From an uncultured delta proteobacterium (GTDB lineage: Bacteria; Myxococcota_A; Polyangia; Polyangiales; Polyangiaceae), in NCBI GenBank assembly GCA_963806225.1, contig CAWDXG010000001.1, positions 128,001 through 192,000 of the forward strand: a DNA stretch of 64,000 nucleotides, in the 5' to 3' direction. A model generated the notes under the pieces. It was not told where the DNA came from and ran no database searches. It was given only the letters and a program-made list of their open reading frames with translations. Positions 50,701-61,066 of this stretch are shown here, one piece after another (positions within the stretch are counted from its first letter, which is position 1; each line of letters starts with the position of its first letter). The position numbers and the translations under genes were made by a program.

Positions 50701-52356
50701 GTCCGCCCGAGACCCTCGCTCCCGGCGTGCAGACGGATGGCTCGTTCGCCACGTCCGTGCACTACACCGAGCTCGAGCGCGAGCTGAACCTCTTCGACCC
50801 TGCGCGGGACTGCCGCAAGGCGACGCCCGAGGAGAAAGCGCAGGGCGAGTGGCGGATCGTGCACGGCAAGGTGTGCCAGCCTGCGCCCAAGGACATCGCG
50901 GCCTGGCAGGACTTCGAGAGCGGGCACGTGACCGCCGATCACTTCCCGGCGAACCTCGCCGACCAGAACCTTGCGCCCTACTGGCGCGTCAAGTCGGACG
51001 AGAAGTACGCGGCGGGGAAGGTGCGCTGGATGTTCCGCTGGGGCACGAGCCACAACGCGTACTTCCACACCAACGACAGCGACGCCGGCGCGGATCCGTA
51101 TGAAGTGACGATGAACACCATCCGGAAGTTCGACATCAACTATCCGTTCACGTACTTCCGGCGCCAGAACCGCGAATACAACTTCTTCCACATCCCGTCG
51201 CGGGTTGCCGACCGCTACTTCGAGCGGATGCGCAGCTACCACTGGCTGGTGGGGACGGACGTGGCCAACTACGGCGCGCTGTTCCCCGACCTGGCGAACA
51301 ACGACAACTGGATGCGCCCCTACGCGATGGCGGAGACCGCGATGTTCAACTTCCTGGAGCGCGCCATCGTCACTCCGCAGCCGGGTACCTATGGCGCGGT
51401 TGCCGACCCGGATCAGCCGGGCGGCTTCTACTACGATCAGGGCGCGACCAACCAGTTCAACAACAAGCAGTTCAAGATCGACGCCGTCGACGGGCGCTAC
51501 GTCGACGAGCAGTACGACAGCACGCCCAGTGGAGGCGGCTCCTGGGACTACCTGCACTGGATGATCCACGCCGGCTTCTCGACGGAGAAGGCGTATGCAG
51601 TCCGCGCGCTCACCGATGGTCGGCCGAATCTCGCCACCATCAGCCGCAGCTACTACCTCGATCCGCGCGGCGTCAGGATCAACTTCCGCAACGACATGCC
51701 GCAGGCGCTCGACCGCTTGGTGGGAGGCCTTCTCTCCCAGGACTGGCAGACGGTGGCCATGGGTGTACCGTCGAGCGCGGCCGGAAATGGTGCGCCCCCG
51801 CCCGGCGCCCCGCCCATTCCCCAGCTGCTCGAATCTCGGAGCCCAGAATCCGACACGCCCCGCCGGGTCGTTGGTGGTGTTCCCGAACATCGGCTACCAG
51901 CAGCAGCTGTACGCGATCGTCTTCACCGAGCTGTTCTCGCGGCTGAACACGGACATGAACCTCACGAACAAGATGCGGCTCTGGCTGGACGGCAGCGTCG
52001 AGCAGGTCACCGTCCCCGATGCCGACCAGATCCGGTTCACGGATCCTGCCAGCGGGTACACCTACATTGCGCGCAGGTACGGCCCGCAGACGATCGACGG
52101 CAAGACGGTCGACAAGGGCATTGCTTCGCGCATGCTCGCGCGTGCGAACCTGATGTTGGCCCAGGCCTACCTCGTGAAGACGGACTCCAGCGGCAAGCCG
52201 CTGCTCGACAAGTACGGGCAGCCGGCGCTGGTGCTGGATTCGAACGGCCAGCCGCAGCAGGCTTCGGCGCAGGATGTCCAGACGCTGACGAACTACGTCG
52301 GGCTGCTGGATGCCACACGTCAGATCGATCACCTGCTGGGCTACGGCCCGCTCTGA
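47748..52356 (+). CDS. Large (about 1535 aa) zinc-dependent metalloprotease lipoprotein, metzincin type (+1 frameshift near 51832)
   Basis: Lipobox IVGC; HEIGHSLGMLH zinc motif; SVMEY Met-turn; C-terminus continues in ORF 51595-52356. Confidence 0.85.
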
Positions 52357-52387
52357 TCGTCGAGGCGCGGCCCAGGCCGCCGCGTGA

Positions 52388-52424
52388 GGAGGCCCGGCCG
52401 AAGTGCCGGGCCTCCGGCTCTTGT
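52388..52424 (+). terminator. Stem-loop, possible intrinsic terminator
   Basis: GGAGGCCCGGC-cgaagt-GCCGGGCCTCC 11-bp stem after the stop; weak U tract. Confidence 0.5.
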
Positions 52425-52480
52425 GGCCACCGATCGGTTCTTGCCGGCCCCGCCGCCACCGACTAGCGTTCGCGCGCAGG

Positions 52481-55003
52481 ATGCTGGACCGGCCTCTGCG
52501 AGCACTGAGCGAGCTGGTCATCCGCCGCCGCGCGCTGGTCCTGGTCGCACTCGCTCTTCTGGCTGTCGGGCTCGGACTGGGGCTCCGCCACCTGACCTCG
52601 GATCCATCGCCGGAGGGAATGGTGGCCAACTGGCAGAACCAGCGGGTCATCACCCAGCAGTTCCGGCGGTCCTTCGGCGACCGCGCGGCGACACTGCTGG
52701 TGCTGGTGCAGGCGCCGGACGTTCTGGCGCGGGGGCCGCTGGCCTACAACGCACGTCTGTCGCACCGGCTCGAGAAGCTCGCCAGGGTGTCGCGCGTCGA
52801 CAGCATCACGGTGACGGCGCTGCCCCACAAGAGCGGCATCAAGGCCGAGGAGCAGCTACCCGTCGACACCGAGCTCGAGAAGGAACTCCTCGGCGAGAGT
52901 CCCGGGCCCGACGACAAGAAGCCCGACGAGGCGCCGGCGACAAGGGGCATCGAAGGCCGACCGGATCTCGGTGCAGCGACGGTGGAGCCCATCGTCGACG
53001 GCGACACGAAGCACTTCCCCCGCGGCCTGATGTCGCTGTCGGCGCGGGTCGACGACGAGGGTCTGGTATCTGCTCCGTTGGTCCACGGCGACAAGGTCAG
53101 CGACCGGGAGCTTCACGTGGTCCGTGACACGCTTTCGCACTCGCGACTCGTCACGGGCAAGCTCTTGAGCAGGGATCACAAGTTGACCGTGATCGCGCTC
53201 TCCCTTGCGCCGGCACTCACCGACTTTGGCGCCCAGCGCGCTGCTGTGGGCCGCGTCGAGCAGGTGATCCACGCCATGCCGCGGCCGGACAGCGTCCACG
53301 TGCGCCTCGGCGGACTGCCCTATCTGCAGCAGAGCATCGTGCGCAAGATACAGCACGATCAGAGGGTCTTGATACCCGCGACGCTCGTGGTGTGCGTGGT
53401 GATCCTGTTCTTGTCGTTCCGCTGGTGGCCCGGCGTCATCCTGCCCCTGTCGGCGGTGGGGATCACGACGCTGATGTTGCTCGGCGGCATGGGATGGGTT
53501 CATGAGCCGATGAACATCCTGAACAACATCCTGCCGACACTTCTGATCATCATCGGCATCAGCGACTCGATCCATCTCGTTGCGCGCTACCGGGACGAAC
53601 ACGCCAAGAACGAGGATCGGATCGAATCGGGGACGATCACCCTGCACAGCATGGCCGCGGCCTGCTTCTTGACGTCACTCACGACCAGCGTGGGCTTCGC
53701 GTCGCTTGCGTTCGCCGACACGCCGATGCTCCAGCACTTCGGCGTGATCGCCGGCATCGGCGTGCTGATCGCGTACGTCGTCACGATAACCCTGCTGCCG
53801 TCCACGCTCACCCTGGTACGCCCGCCCAGGGTCGACAGGACAAGCCGTGCGGGATGGTTGGAGAAGATGGTAGTGGGCGTGACGGCGTGCATCCTCAGGC
53901 GGCCATGGCCCGTCGTGGTCGCTGCCGTCGCGGTCTTTCTGCTCTCCCTGTTCGGGGCCACCCGTCTCGTGATCGACGTCCACCTGCTCGATCAGTTCAC
54001 GCCGGGCGACGACGTGTACGAGACCACCGTGCTGCTCCAGCGGGAGCTCCAGGGGGTGCGTCCGCTGGAGGTTTTCCTGCAGAGCGACAATCCCGATCGC
54101 TTCCACGACCCGAAGGTCATCGCCGGAATCGAGAAGGTCGCGCGCTGGGCTGAAAGACGCCCCGGCGTGCTCGCGACCACCAGCTACGCCGACTACCTGC
54201 ACTCGGTGGAGTCGCTGCTGACGGATGACCCGACGACCTGGAAGCAGCCCTTCCGGACGAAAGCCCAGGTGGCCGCGCTAGAGGCGGTTGCGAACGCCGG
54301 CAAGGACAAGCCGCTCCGGGCCTATCTGTCCAAGGACGGCAAGCGGGCGCGGCTCACTCTCAGCTTTGCCGACATCGGTGCGCGCAGTACCAACCACGAC
54401 ATCGATCTGCTCGAGCAGGAGCTCGACGACCACGTCCGTTCGCTGGGCGGCATCCGTTACCAGCTGCTCGGCGAGGCGTACACCGGATCGCGCGCGCTCG
54501 ACGCCGTCGTGACCGACCTCCTGTACAGCCTGATGGGCGCCACCGTGGTCATTTTCGTCATCCTTACGCTGCTGTTCCGCAGTCTGCGTCTCGGCCTGCT
54601 CAGCATCCCTCCCAACGTGATTCCGATCGTGGGGACAATGGCCTACATGGCAGCGCGCGGGATTGCGTTGTCCACGGCTACGGTGATCATCTTTGCGATC
54701 AGTATCGGGCTCGCGGTGGATGGTTCGATCCACGTCGTCGTGCGGTTCCGCGAGGAGATGCGGGGTGGCCTCGGCGTCAACGCAGCCCTGCTCAGAGCGG
54801 CGCGCGGTACCGGGCGGGCGATCGTCGTGACCTGCGCGACGCTCGTCCTCGGCTTCTCCGTGTTGATGATGAGCTCTTTCGTGAGCGTGCGGCAGTTCGG
54901 CGAGCTCATCGCGGTTACCGTGCTCACCTGCCTGTTCTCGACCCTCCTCGTCCAGCCCGCGCTGCTCAAGGTGGGGATGCCGCGCTCGCGCGCCTCGATC
55001 TGA
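52481..55003 (+). CDS. MMPL/RND family transporter
   Basis: Two repeats of TM, large loop, five TM; IIIGISDSIH, ACFLTSLTTSVGFASL, IGLAVDGSIH, GRAIVVT. Confidence 0.9.
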   Translation: MLDRPLRALSELVIRRRALVLVALALLAVGLGLGLRHLTSDPSPEGMVANWQNQRVITQQFRRSFGDRAATLLVLVQAPDVLARGPLAYNARLSHRLEKLARVSRVDSITVTALPHKSGIKAEEQLPVDTELEKELLGESPGPDDKKPDEAPATRGIEGRPDLGAATVEPIVDGDTKHFPRGLMSLSARVDDEGLVSAPLVHGDKVSDRELHVVRDTLSHSRLVTGKLLSRDHKLTVIALSLAPALTDFGAQRAAVGRVEQVIHAMPRPDSVHVRLGGLPYLQQSIVRKIQHDQRVLIPATLVVCVVILFLSFRWWPGVILPLSAVGITTLMLLGGMGWVHEPMNILNNILPTLLIIIGISDSIHLVARYRDEHAKNEDRIESGTITLHSMAAACFLTSLTTSVGFASLAFADTPMLQHFGVIAGIGVLIAYVVTITLLPSTLTLVRPPRVDRTSRAGWLEKMVVGVTACILRRPWPVVVAAVAVFLLSLFGATRLVIDVHLLDQFTPGDDVYETTVLLQRELQGVRPLEVFLQSDNPDRFHDPKVIAGIEKVARWAERRPGVLATTSYADYLHSVESLLTDDPTTWKQPFRTKAQVAALEAVANAGKDKPLRAYLSKDGKRARLTLSFADIGARSTNHDIDLLEQELDDHVRSLGGIRYQLLGEAYTGSRALDAVVTDLLYSLMGATVVIFVILTLLFRSLRLGLLSIPPNVIPIVGTMAYMAARGIALSTATVIIFAISIGLAVDGSIHVVVRFREEMRGGLGVNAALLRAARGTGRAIVVTCATLVLGFSVLMMSSFVSVRQFGELIAVTVLTCLFSTLLVQPALLKVGMPRSRASI

Positions 55004-55004
55004 T

Positions 55005-55334
55005 TCAGCCGGCCGGCGACTTCAGGCCGGCCAGCAGCCACTCGAGCTCCGGCACCGGCGTGTCGAACTCGACAGCGAGGCGGTGCGGCCAGAGGCCGTG
55101 CGGATCATCCGTGTTCGGCTCGACGCGCACCACGTGGCCTGTCAGCTCCTGGATTCCCTGCGAGTCGGGAGTGCGCAGCGTGATGTGCACCTCCGACCCC
55201 GGGTCGAGCGTACTGGCTGCGACCATCAGCACGCCGCCCTGGCTCGCGTTGTGCGTGACCGCGATGCCCTCCTTCAGCGAGTCCACCTTGACCGGTAGCC
55301 AGACCTCGAAACGGTGCTCGGTGCGACGCTCCAT
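55005..55334 (-). CDS. PilZ domain protein
   Basis: ERRTEHR (RxxxR) and NASQGG (D/NxSxxG). Confidence 0.85.
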   Translation of the reverse strand: MERRTEHRFEVWLPVKVDSLKEGIAVTHNASQGGVLMVAASTLDPGSEVHITLRTPDSQGIQELTGHVVRVEPNTDDPHGLWPHRLAVEFDTPVPELEWLLAGLKSPAG

Positions 55335-55401
55335 GATCGGACATGATAGCCCAACGCGGGGCCCGTATGAAGCGCGTCCGGAAAAGCGCGGTCGTCGCTC
55401 G

Positions 55402-55821
55402 TCAGAGCGCCGCGCCGAACAGATCGCGGAAGCTCTCCTGGTCGTCCTCGGAGATGCGACCTGCTAGCCCCACGCGCAGCGAGATCGTGACGTCGTCGCC
55501 CCACGGCCACCACAACCCGAACGCGATCACGCGCGCGGCCGGATCGGTTGCCAGCACGAGCTGCTCGGCCCGCACTCCGCCGGAGGTCTCGGCGATTTCG
55601 CGGATGATGTCCGGCGCGGTTTCGATGTTCCCCGCCGACCATTCGTTCGGGAGCGCGCGCGTCGCGGCGGTGCGAGCTTCGTCCATGAGCTCGACGCTGA
55701 ACGAGGAGGACACGCAGGACAGCCGACCATCCCAGCTCCACCCGCCGCCCGGCCAGGCCGCACGCAGACGGACTAGCGAGTCGAACAGCGGGCTGGACGC
55801 GAAGCGTTCGCTGGTGGGCAT
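55402..55821 (-). CDS. Hypothetical protein
   Basis: 139-aa ORF with WSWD, GGVRAEQ, WWPWGD..TISLR. Confidence 0.6.
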   Translation of the reverse strand: MPTSERFASSPLFDSLVRLRAAWPGGGWSWDGRLSCVSSSFSVELMDEARTAATRALPNEWSAGNIETAPDIIREIAETSGGVRAEQLVLATDPAARVIAFGLWWPWGDDVTISLRVGLAGRISEDDQESFRDLFGAAL

Positions 55822-56053
55822 GAGGGCAACGTTAGCACTCCTCCCGCCGGGAGGGCGCGCTCCTGGTGGTAGTCGGGAGGAAAACGTGCGAAGCCGCGCC
55901 GCTTGTGCTTATCTCATGCGGCTCTCGCTGGAGCTCGAGCGGCGGTTGCCGAGACGGGCTGGGACGCTCCCGATTCGTCGCCTAGGGCGCGCCGGCCGGC
56001 TGCTCGTCGACCAACCGGCCCTGTCGCCTGGCTCCGTTTCCCTTTCGGTACCC

Positions 56054-56971
56054 ATGCACATTCTCGACATTTTCGCGCAACAGTCCCCGACGTTCTCGTT
56101 CGAGTTCTTTCCGCCCAGGACGGCGGCTGCGGCGGAGGCGCTCTACCAGACGATCACGCAGCTGGAAGCTCTCAAGCCCTCGTTCGTATCGGTCACCTAC
56201 GGTGCCGGGGGCTCGACCGGCGAGCTCACACACGATCTCGTCCTGCGCATCCGCAGCACGACCAGCATCGAGGCTGTCCCGCACCTGACCTGCGTCTGCC
56301 ACAGCGAGTCCGAGGTGGAACAGCTCCTTGTGCGCTACGCCAAGGCCGGCGTGAGCAACATCCTCGCGCTCGGCGGCGACCCGCCGCGCGACAAGCCGGA
56401 CCACGATCGGTCGAAAGATGCGTTCCGCTACGCGGCGGATCTGGTGCGCTTCATCCGCCGCTTCAACGTCGGCGGCGCGCACCCGGATACGCGCGGCTTC
56501 GGTATTGGAGTGGCCGGATTTCCGGAGGGGCACCCAGCGACGCCGAACCGCCTGGTCGAGATGGACCACCTCAAGGCCAAGGTCGACGCGGGCGCGAGCT
56601 ACATCTGCACGCAGATGTTCTTCGACAATCACGACTTCTACGATTTCCGCGAGCGCTGCGAGCTGGCCGGTATCGAGGTGCCGATCCTTGCCGGCATCAT
56701 GCCGATCACGACAACGAAGGGCATGAAGCGCATGGCCGATCTCGCGGCAGGCTGCCGGTTCCCCGCCGCGCTGCTGCGCGCAGTCGCCCGTTGCGGCGAG
56801 GACCCGGAGGCGGTCAAACGCGTCGGCGTGCATTGGGCGACCGAGCAGTGCCGCGCTCTGCTCGACAACGGCGTTGCCGGCATCCACTTCTATACGTTGA
56901 ACAAGTCCGACGCGACCCGCCAGATCTACGCGAGCCTGGGCGTGAGCGACAGCGAGGCACTGCAGCAGTAG
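56054..56971 (+). CDS. metF: 5,10-methylenetetrahydrofolate reductase
   Basis: SFEFFPP, FVSVTYGAGGS, PHLTCV, NILAL.GDPP, AGFPEGHP, KAKVDAGA..I.TQMFFD, GIHFYTLN. Confidence 0.96.
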   Translation: MHILDIFAQQSPTFSFEFFPPRTAAAAEALYQTITQLEALKPSFVSVTYGAGGSTGELTHDLVLRIRSTTSIEAVPHLTCVCHSESEVEQLLVRYAKAGVSNILALGGDPPRDKPDHDRSKDAFRYAADLVRFIRRFNVGGAHPDTRGFGIGVAGFPEGHPATPNRLVEMDHLKAKVDAGASYICTQMFFDNHDFYDFRERCELAGIEVPILAGIMPITTTKGMKRMADLAAGCRFPAALLRAVARCGEDPEAVKRVGVHWATEQCRALLDNGVAGIHFYTLNKSDATRQIYASLGVSDSEALQQ

Positions 56972-56990
56972 GCCGCGCGCGTCCCCCGGG

Positions 56991-57626
56991 CTACGGGCAG
57001 GGTTTGGTCGTCGAAGAGAGCTTCCAGCAGATGCAGCCCTGACCGAGCGCAGCGCAAACGAGCCCAAAGCCGCACTGCCCCGATCCGGTACACTTCGGGG
57101 CGCACAGCCAGTGGAACTTGCCGTCGTTGCACGTGCCCGTAGGGTAGTGCGTGTCGTAGACGCACTTCGTGCCGGACGGGCAGGTGTTGCCGCAGTTGCA
57201 GCCCTGCGCACCCTGGCTGCAGAGGGTGCCGGTGCACTTCTCCTCGCAGGTCGAGTCGCAGGCGTCCCCCGCGCCGTCGCCGTCCTGGTCGTCCTGGCAG
57301 GGATTGGCGACGAACGGGCAGTTGTCGGTCGCGTTGGGCACGCCGTCGCCGTCGGCGTCGCCTGCCGGATCGAGTCCAGCGTCCGTGCCGCCGGCATTGC
57401 CTGCGGAATCGGCGCCGGAGTCTACCGGGGCTCCACCACCGGTACCCGTGCCACCGGCGGCGTCGCCACCGGCGCCTATGCCGCCGGCACCCCCGAAGCT
57501 GGTCGAAGCGTCTGTGGCGCCCGCGGCGCCCGCCGTCGACGCATCGCCGGAACTCGCAGCGCTTCCGCCCCGGCCGCAGGCCGCGATGCCAAGAGCCAGA
57601 AACGCGATGGCGCGGCGGGGACGCAT
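56991..57626 (-). CDS. Lipoprotein with TSP3 repeat and Cys-rich domain
   Basis: GIAAC lipobox, DADGDGVPNATDNCPFVANPCQDDQDGDGAGDAC. Confidence 0.75.
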   Translation of the reverse strand: MRPRRAIAFLALGIAACGRGGSAASSGDASTAGAAGATDASTSFGGAGGIGAGGDAAGGTGTGGGAPVDSGADSAGNAGGTDAGLDPAGDADGDGVPNATDNCPFVANPCQDDQDGDGAGDACDSTCEEKCTGTLCSQGAQGCNCGNTCPSGTKCVYDTHYPTGTCNDGKFHWLCAPKCTGSGQCGFGLVCAALGQGCICWKLSSTTKPCP

Positions 57627-57782
57627 TCCGCGAGCCTACCGCCCGCGATTCAGGTCGACAAGAGGGGCATGCAGGCCCAGTGCCTGCGGCGCCCGCGCCC
57701 GCTCGACCGGAAATCGTCGGCGGCACGCCGCGTCATCAGCGGGCAGCGCATGACTTTGCCGTCAATTACCGCCGGGCGCGCC

Positions 57783-58220
57783 CTACGCCACTGCCCTGAG
57801 CACCTGCACCGCCATGCCGATCACGTCGAGAACACCGACGACGAACATGAGCGTGCGCCAGGGCTGGCGTCCCCAGAGGTAGAAGACCGAATGCAGCAGC
57901 CGTGCTGCGACGAACACGCTGAAGTACACCAGTGCGCCGGTCCGGGTTGCGCCCGACAGCGCGTACAGCGCGCCCACGACGAAGAAGGGCAGTGCGTTCT
58001 CCAGGGCGTTGGCATGTGCGCGTCGGGTGCGGGCCACGTCCGGGTGGTCAGCGTCGGCCTTCTCGGCCTTGTTGAGCGCGGCGTCCTCGGGATTCACGTA
58101 CTGTTTCCTCAACGTGCGCAACGTGCCCGTCCACAGTGCGAGTGCGAGCAGGTGCAGCGCGAGGACGGTGCTGGCGAGGGCGTAGAGGTTGAACGCGGGG
58201 CTGCTGAGGAGGTCGTGCAT
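57783..58220 (-). CDS. MAPEG family protein
   Basis: NPED, RTRRAHANALEN..PF, ARLLHS. Confidence 0.9.
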   Translation of the reverse strand: MHDLLSSPAFNLYALASTVLALHLLALALWTGTLRTLRKQYVNPEDAALNKAEKADADHPDVARTRRAHANALENALPFFVVGALYALSGATRTGALVYFSVFVAARLLHSVFYLWGRQPWRTLMFVVGVLDVIGMAVQVLRAVA

Positions 58221-58314
58221 GCGGCTTCGAGCGTACCCGAGTCAGGGCCTCCCGCGGGCCTTTTCTGCTCGTGCGCGCTGCCTTGATCCGCTATGCGGAG
58301 GGCAAGGCATCTTC

Positions 58315-59889
58315 ATGGTGAAGCCAGGTATCGGGGGCCGCGTCCGGCGGACTCTTTTCAGGGTCGACACGCTTGCACTGTGCGTCCTGGTCGTGAGCTT
58401 CCTGGTCTTCTATGTCGAGACCCTTCTGCCGGGTATCGACTCCTTCGGCGATATCACCAAGGCGCAGTTCGTAGGCTATCTGCTCGGCACGACGCATCCC
58501 ACCGGCTACCCGCTGTACCTGATGCTGTCATGGGCCTACACGCATCTGCCGCTACCGGGGTCGCTGGCGTATCGGATGAACCTGCTCTCCGCGGTGTTCG
58601 CAACTCTAGCGCTGGTGTTCGTCTACCTCGCCCAGCGACAGTTGCGTGTTCGCCCCGCGGCCGCCCTGATCGGTGCAGCGGCTCTGGGGTTCAGTCACAC
58701 GTTCTGGTCGCAGTCGGTCATCGCCGAGGTCTACGCGCTCAACAGCCTGTTCATCGCTGCGCTGCTCTGGTCGCTGATCCGGTACGCACTGACGCGCGAG
58801 CGTCGCTGGTTCTTCATCAGCGCGGCCATCTACTGCGCGTCTTTCGACCATCACATGACGGTCATCACGCTGTTGCCTGCGTTCGCCGTGCTGACCCTGG
58901 CGACGGAGCCGGCGATCCTGAAGTCACCGAAAGCGGTGCTCGGCACCCTCGGCATGATCATCGCCGCCGCGTCGCTCTATCTGTACCCGCTCTGGCGTAC
59001 CCACGCCGGCTCGCTCTACCTGGAATATCACATCCACAACTTCAAGGAGCTCTCGAACTACATCGGCGGCGAACGCTATCGGCGCGTGATGTTCCAGTTC
59101 GGGTTCATGAAGCTCCTGTTCTCCCGTGCGCCGCGCTTCGTCGGGCAGCTGGTCGGCGAGCTGGGTGTGCTCGCCGTGTTCGCTGCGTGGGGGATCGGTG
59201 CGTGCCGTCCCCGGCTCGTCCGCGCAGGACTTTCGCTGGCTCTGCTCGGCGAGTTCATCTGGGTGCTCGGCTACAATATTCCGGATATCGCCATCTACAT
59301 GATCCCCGTGGTGCTGGTGATGTCGATCTTCGTGGGCGTGGGGGTGGAAGCGGCGCTGCGGGCGCTTCCCGGTTGGCGGGGCTGGGCGACTTTCGCGGGA
59401 GCTGCCGCGTGCCTGGTGGTGCTGCCGCTCCACAACTTCCGTCCAATGCAGCTCCACACCCGGGACGTCAGGTACGAGAAGACCGTGGACCACGCGCTCA
59501 CGCTGCTCGGTCAGCATGCCGTGGTTGCCGGCTGCGTGCACTACGGCCCACGCATGGCCTACGTGTACCACTTCTACGCACGCGGGCTCGACAAGAGCCG
59601 CGACCTTCACCTGGCCGGCCATGCCACCTTGCCCGGGATCCGCGCCTACCTACAGGGCAAGTCGCACCTCGTGGATTCCCACACGCAGACGAACATCCCG
59701 CCAGGGCGGCGCGTGTTCGTAGCGCCGTGCTTTTGGCGGAAGCCGTTCGGTCGCTACAGCCTCGCGTTGGGGCCGTCACGCTACGGGCTCAGGGAGGTGA
59801 GATTGCGAATGGAGCGGGCGGGTAGGCCCCCGCCGGCCCGTCCGCTGCCGTCGAGGCTGCAGAGCCCTCTCGGGTTGCGGGCGCGCTGA
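58315..59889 (+). CDS. DUF2723 / TMEM260-like GT-C glycosyltransferase
   Basis: GD...Q...LGTTHPTGYPLYLML, AYRMNLLSA, TFWSQSVIAEVYALN; multiple TM segments. Confidence 0.85.
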   Translation: MVKPGIGGRVRRTLFRVDTLALCVLVVSFLVFYVETLLPGIDSFGDITKAQFVGYLLGTTHPTGYPLYLMLSWAYTHLPLPGSLAYRMNLLSAVFATLALVFVYLAQRQLRVRPAAALIGAAALGFSHTFWSQSVIAEVYALNSLFIAALLWSLIRYALTRERRWFFISAAIYCASFDHHMTVITLLPAFAVLTLATEPAILKSPKAVLGTLGMIIAAASLYLYPLWRTHAGSLYLEYHIHNFKELSNYIGGERYRRVMFQFGFMKLLFSRAPRFVGQLVGELGVLAVFAAWGIGACRPRLVRAGLSLALLGEFIWVLGYNIPDIAIYMIPVVLVMSIFVGVGVEAALRALPGWRGWATFAGAAACLVVLPLHNFRPMQLHTRDVRYEKTVDHALTLLGQHAVVAGCVHYGPRMAYVYHFYARGLDKSRDLHLAGHATLPGIRAYLQGKSHLVDSHTQTNIPPGRRVFVAPCFWRKPFGRYSLALGPSRYGLREVRLRMERAGRPPPARPLPSRLQSPLGLRAR

Positions 59890-59982
59890 AGACCGGACGC
59901 GCCGGAAAGCAGCCGTGCCGGGCGCTAGAACGCAGGATCCGGTTGCGCACCACGCCCGTTCCCCGTCATTGTGAAGGCGCGC

Positions 59983-61059
59983 ATGAAAAAGGCTTCGATC
60001 GGGATTACCTGGATTCTTCTCTGCATGGTGCAGGCGAGCTGCTCGAGCTCGCCCGATCGCGGCGGCGTGGCGGGGGGCCCCGGCGGCAGCGGCGGCAGCG
60101 GCGGATTGGGTGTGGATGGCAGCGCAGGTTGGCCGTCCGGTGGTGCGAGCACGGGCGGCGCCGGCGGTTCGAGCACGGGCGGTTCGAGCACGGGCGGTTC
60201 GAGCACGGGCGGCACGGGCGGTTCGGCGGGCTCTTCGGGCGGCGGCGGCACGGCCGGCGGCGGCAACACCGGCGGCGGCGGCAACTACAACCCGATCTGC
60301 ACGGGGCCGCAGGCCGGCAAGTACTGCGGCGGCGACGCCATGAAGGACGCCGACCCCAACGTGCTCTACCACTGTCCCGGTGCGAACCAGGCGCCGGACA
60401 GCCAGACCGCGTGCCCCAATGGTTGCGTCGTCGAGTCGCAAGGTACCGCTGATCACTGCAAGACCGCGACCTCGCCGAACGGCTACAAGCTGCCGTGGAA
60501 GTCGGGAGTGAGCATGCAGCTCACGCAGGACTGCAACGATTCGTGCTGCAATGATCACGTTGGCAAGGACGGTTGGGCCTGGGATTTCGCCAACGGCGGG
60601 AGCTTCACCGTTGTCGCGGCCCGCGGCGGCACCATCACCCACCTGAAGACCAACTCCACAACCGGCTGCGGCTCGAGCTCGTGCGTCAACGACGCGAACT
60701 TCATCGTCATCGATCACGGCGACGGCACGCAGTCCACGTATCTGCACCTCCAGGGCAACAGCCTGAAGTCGGGCATTACGTGCGGCGCGACGGTAACGCA
60801 GGGGCAGGCCCTGGCGACGTCGGGCACGACCGGCTGGTCCACCGGCGTGCATCTGCACTTCCAGGTCTCGAAGGTGCACTCCGGCGCGGCCACGTGCGAG
60901 TGCGGCAGCGACGGCAAGGGTTGCAGCGCCAGCTCCGTCCCCTGGTCGAGCTTCTGGTCCAGCACAACCTACCCCACCGTTCCCATCCAGTTCGACGAGT
61001 GGCCCGCGTCCTCGTCCTGCAACAATCGCCGCATCACGCTGCCGGCGTCGCAGAACTAG
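59983..61059 (+). CDS. M23 family peptidase lipoprotein with Gly/Ser linker and Cys-rich module
   Basis: H...AWDF, VVAARGGTI, NFIVIDHGDG...YLHL, V.QGQ.LA.SGTTGWSTGVHLHF. Confidence 0.9.
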   Translation: MKKASIGITWILLCMVQASCSSSPDRGGVAGGPGGSGGSGGLGVDGSAGWPSGGASTGGAGGSSTGGSSTGGSSTGGTGGSAGSSGGGGTAGGGNTGGGGNYNPICTGPQAGKYCGGDAMKDADPNVLYHCPGANQAPDSQTACPNGCVVESQGTADHCKTATSPNGYKLPWKSGVSMQLTQDCNDSCCNDHVGKDGWAWDFANGGSFTVVAARGGTITHLKTNSTTGCGSSSCVNDANFIVIDHGDGTQSTYLHLQGNSLKSGITCGATVTQGQALATSGTTGWSTGVHLHFQVSKVHSGAATCECGSDGKGCSASSVPWSSFWSSTTYPTVPIQFDEWPASSSCNNRRITLPASQN

Positions 61060-61066
61060 CAGGCCG

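Noticed and set aside
55900..56053. SAM-I or SAH riboswitch call
   Set aside because: CTTATC is present but the following AGAG and the other core elements are not; kept only as a low-interest leader.
56054..56971. metF as the methyl donor partner of the HgcAB-like protein
   Set aside because: It lies 32 kb away, is a housekeeping gene and shows no shared regulatory motif.
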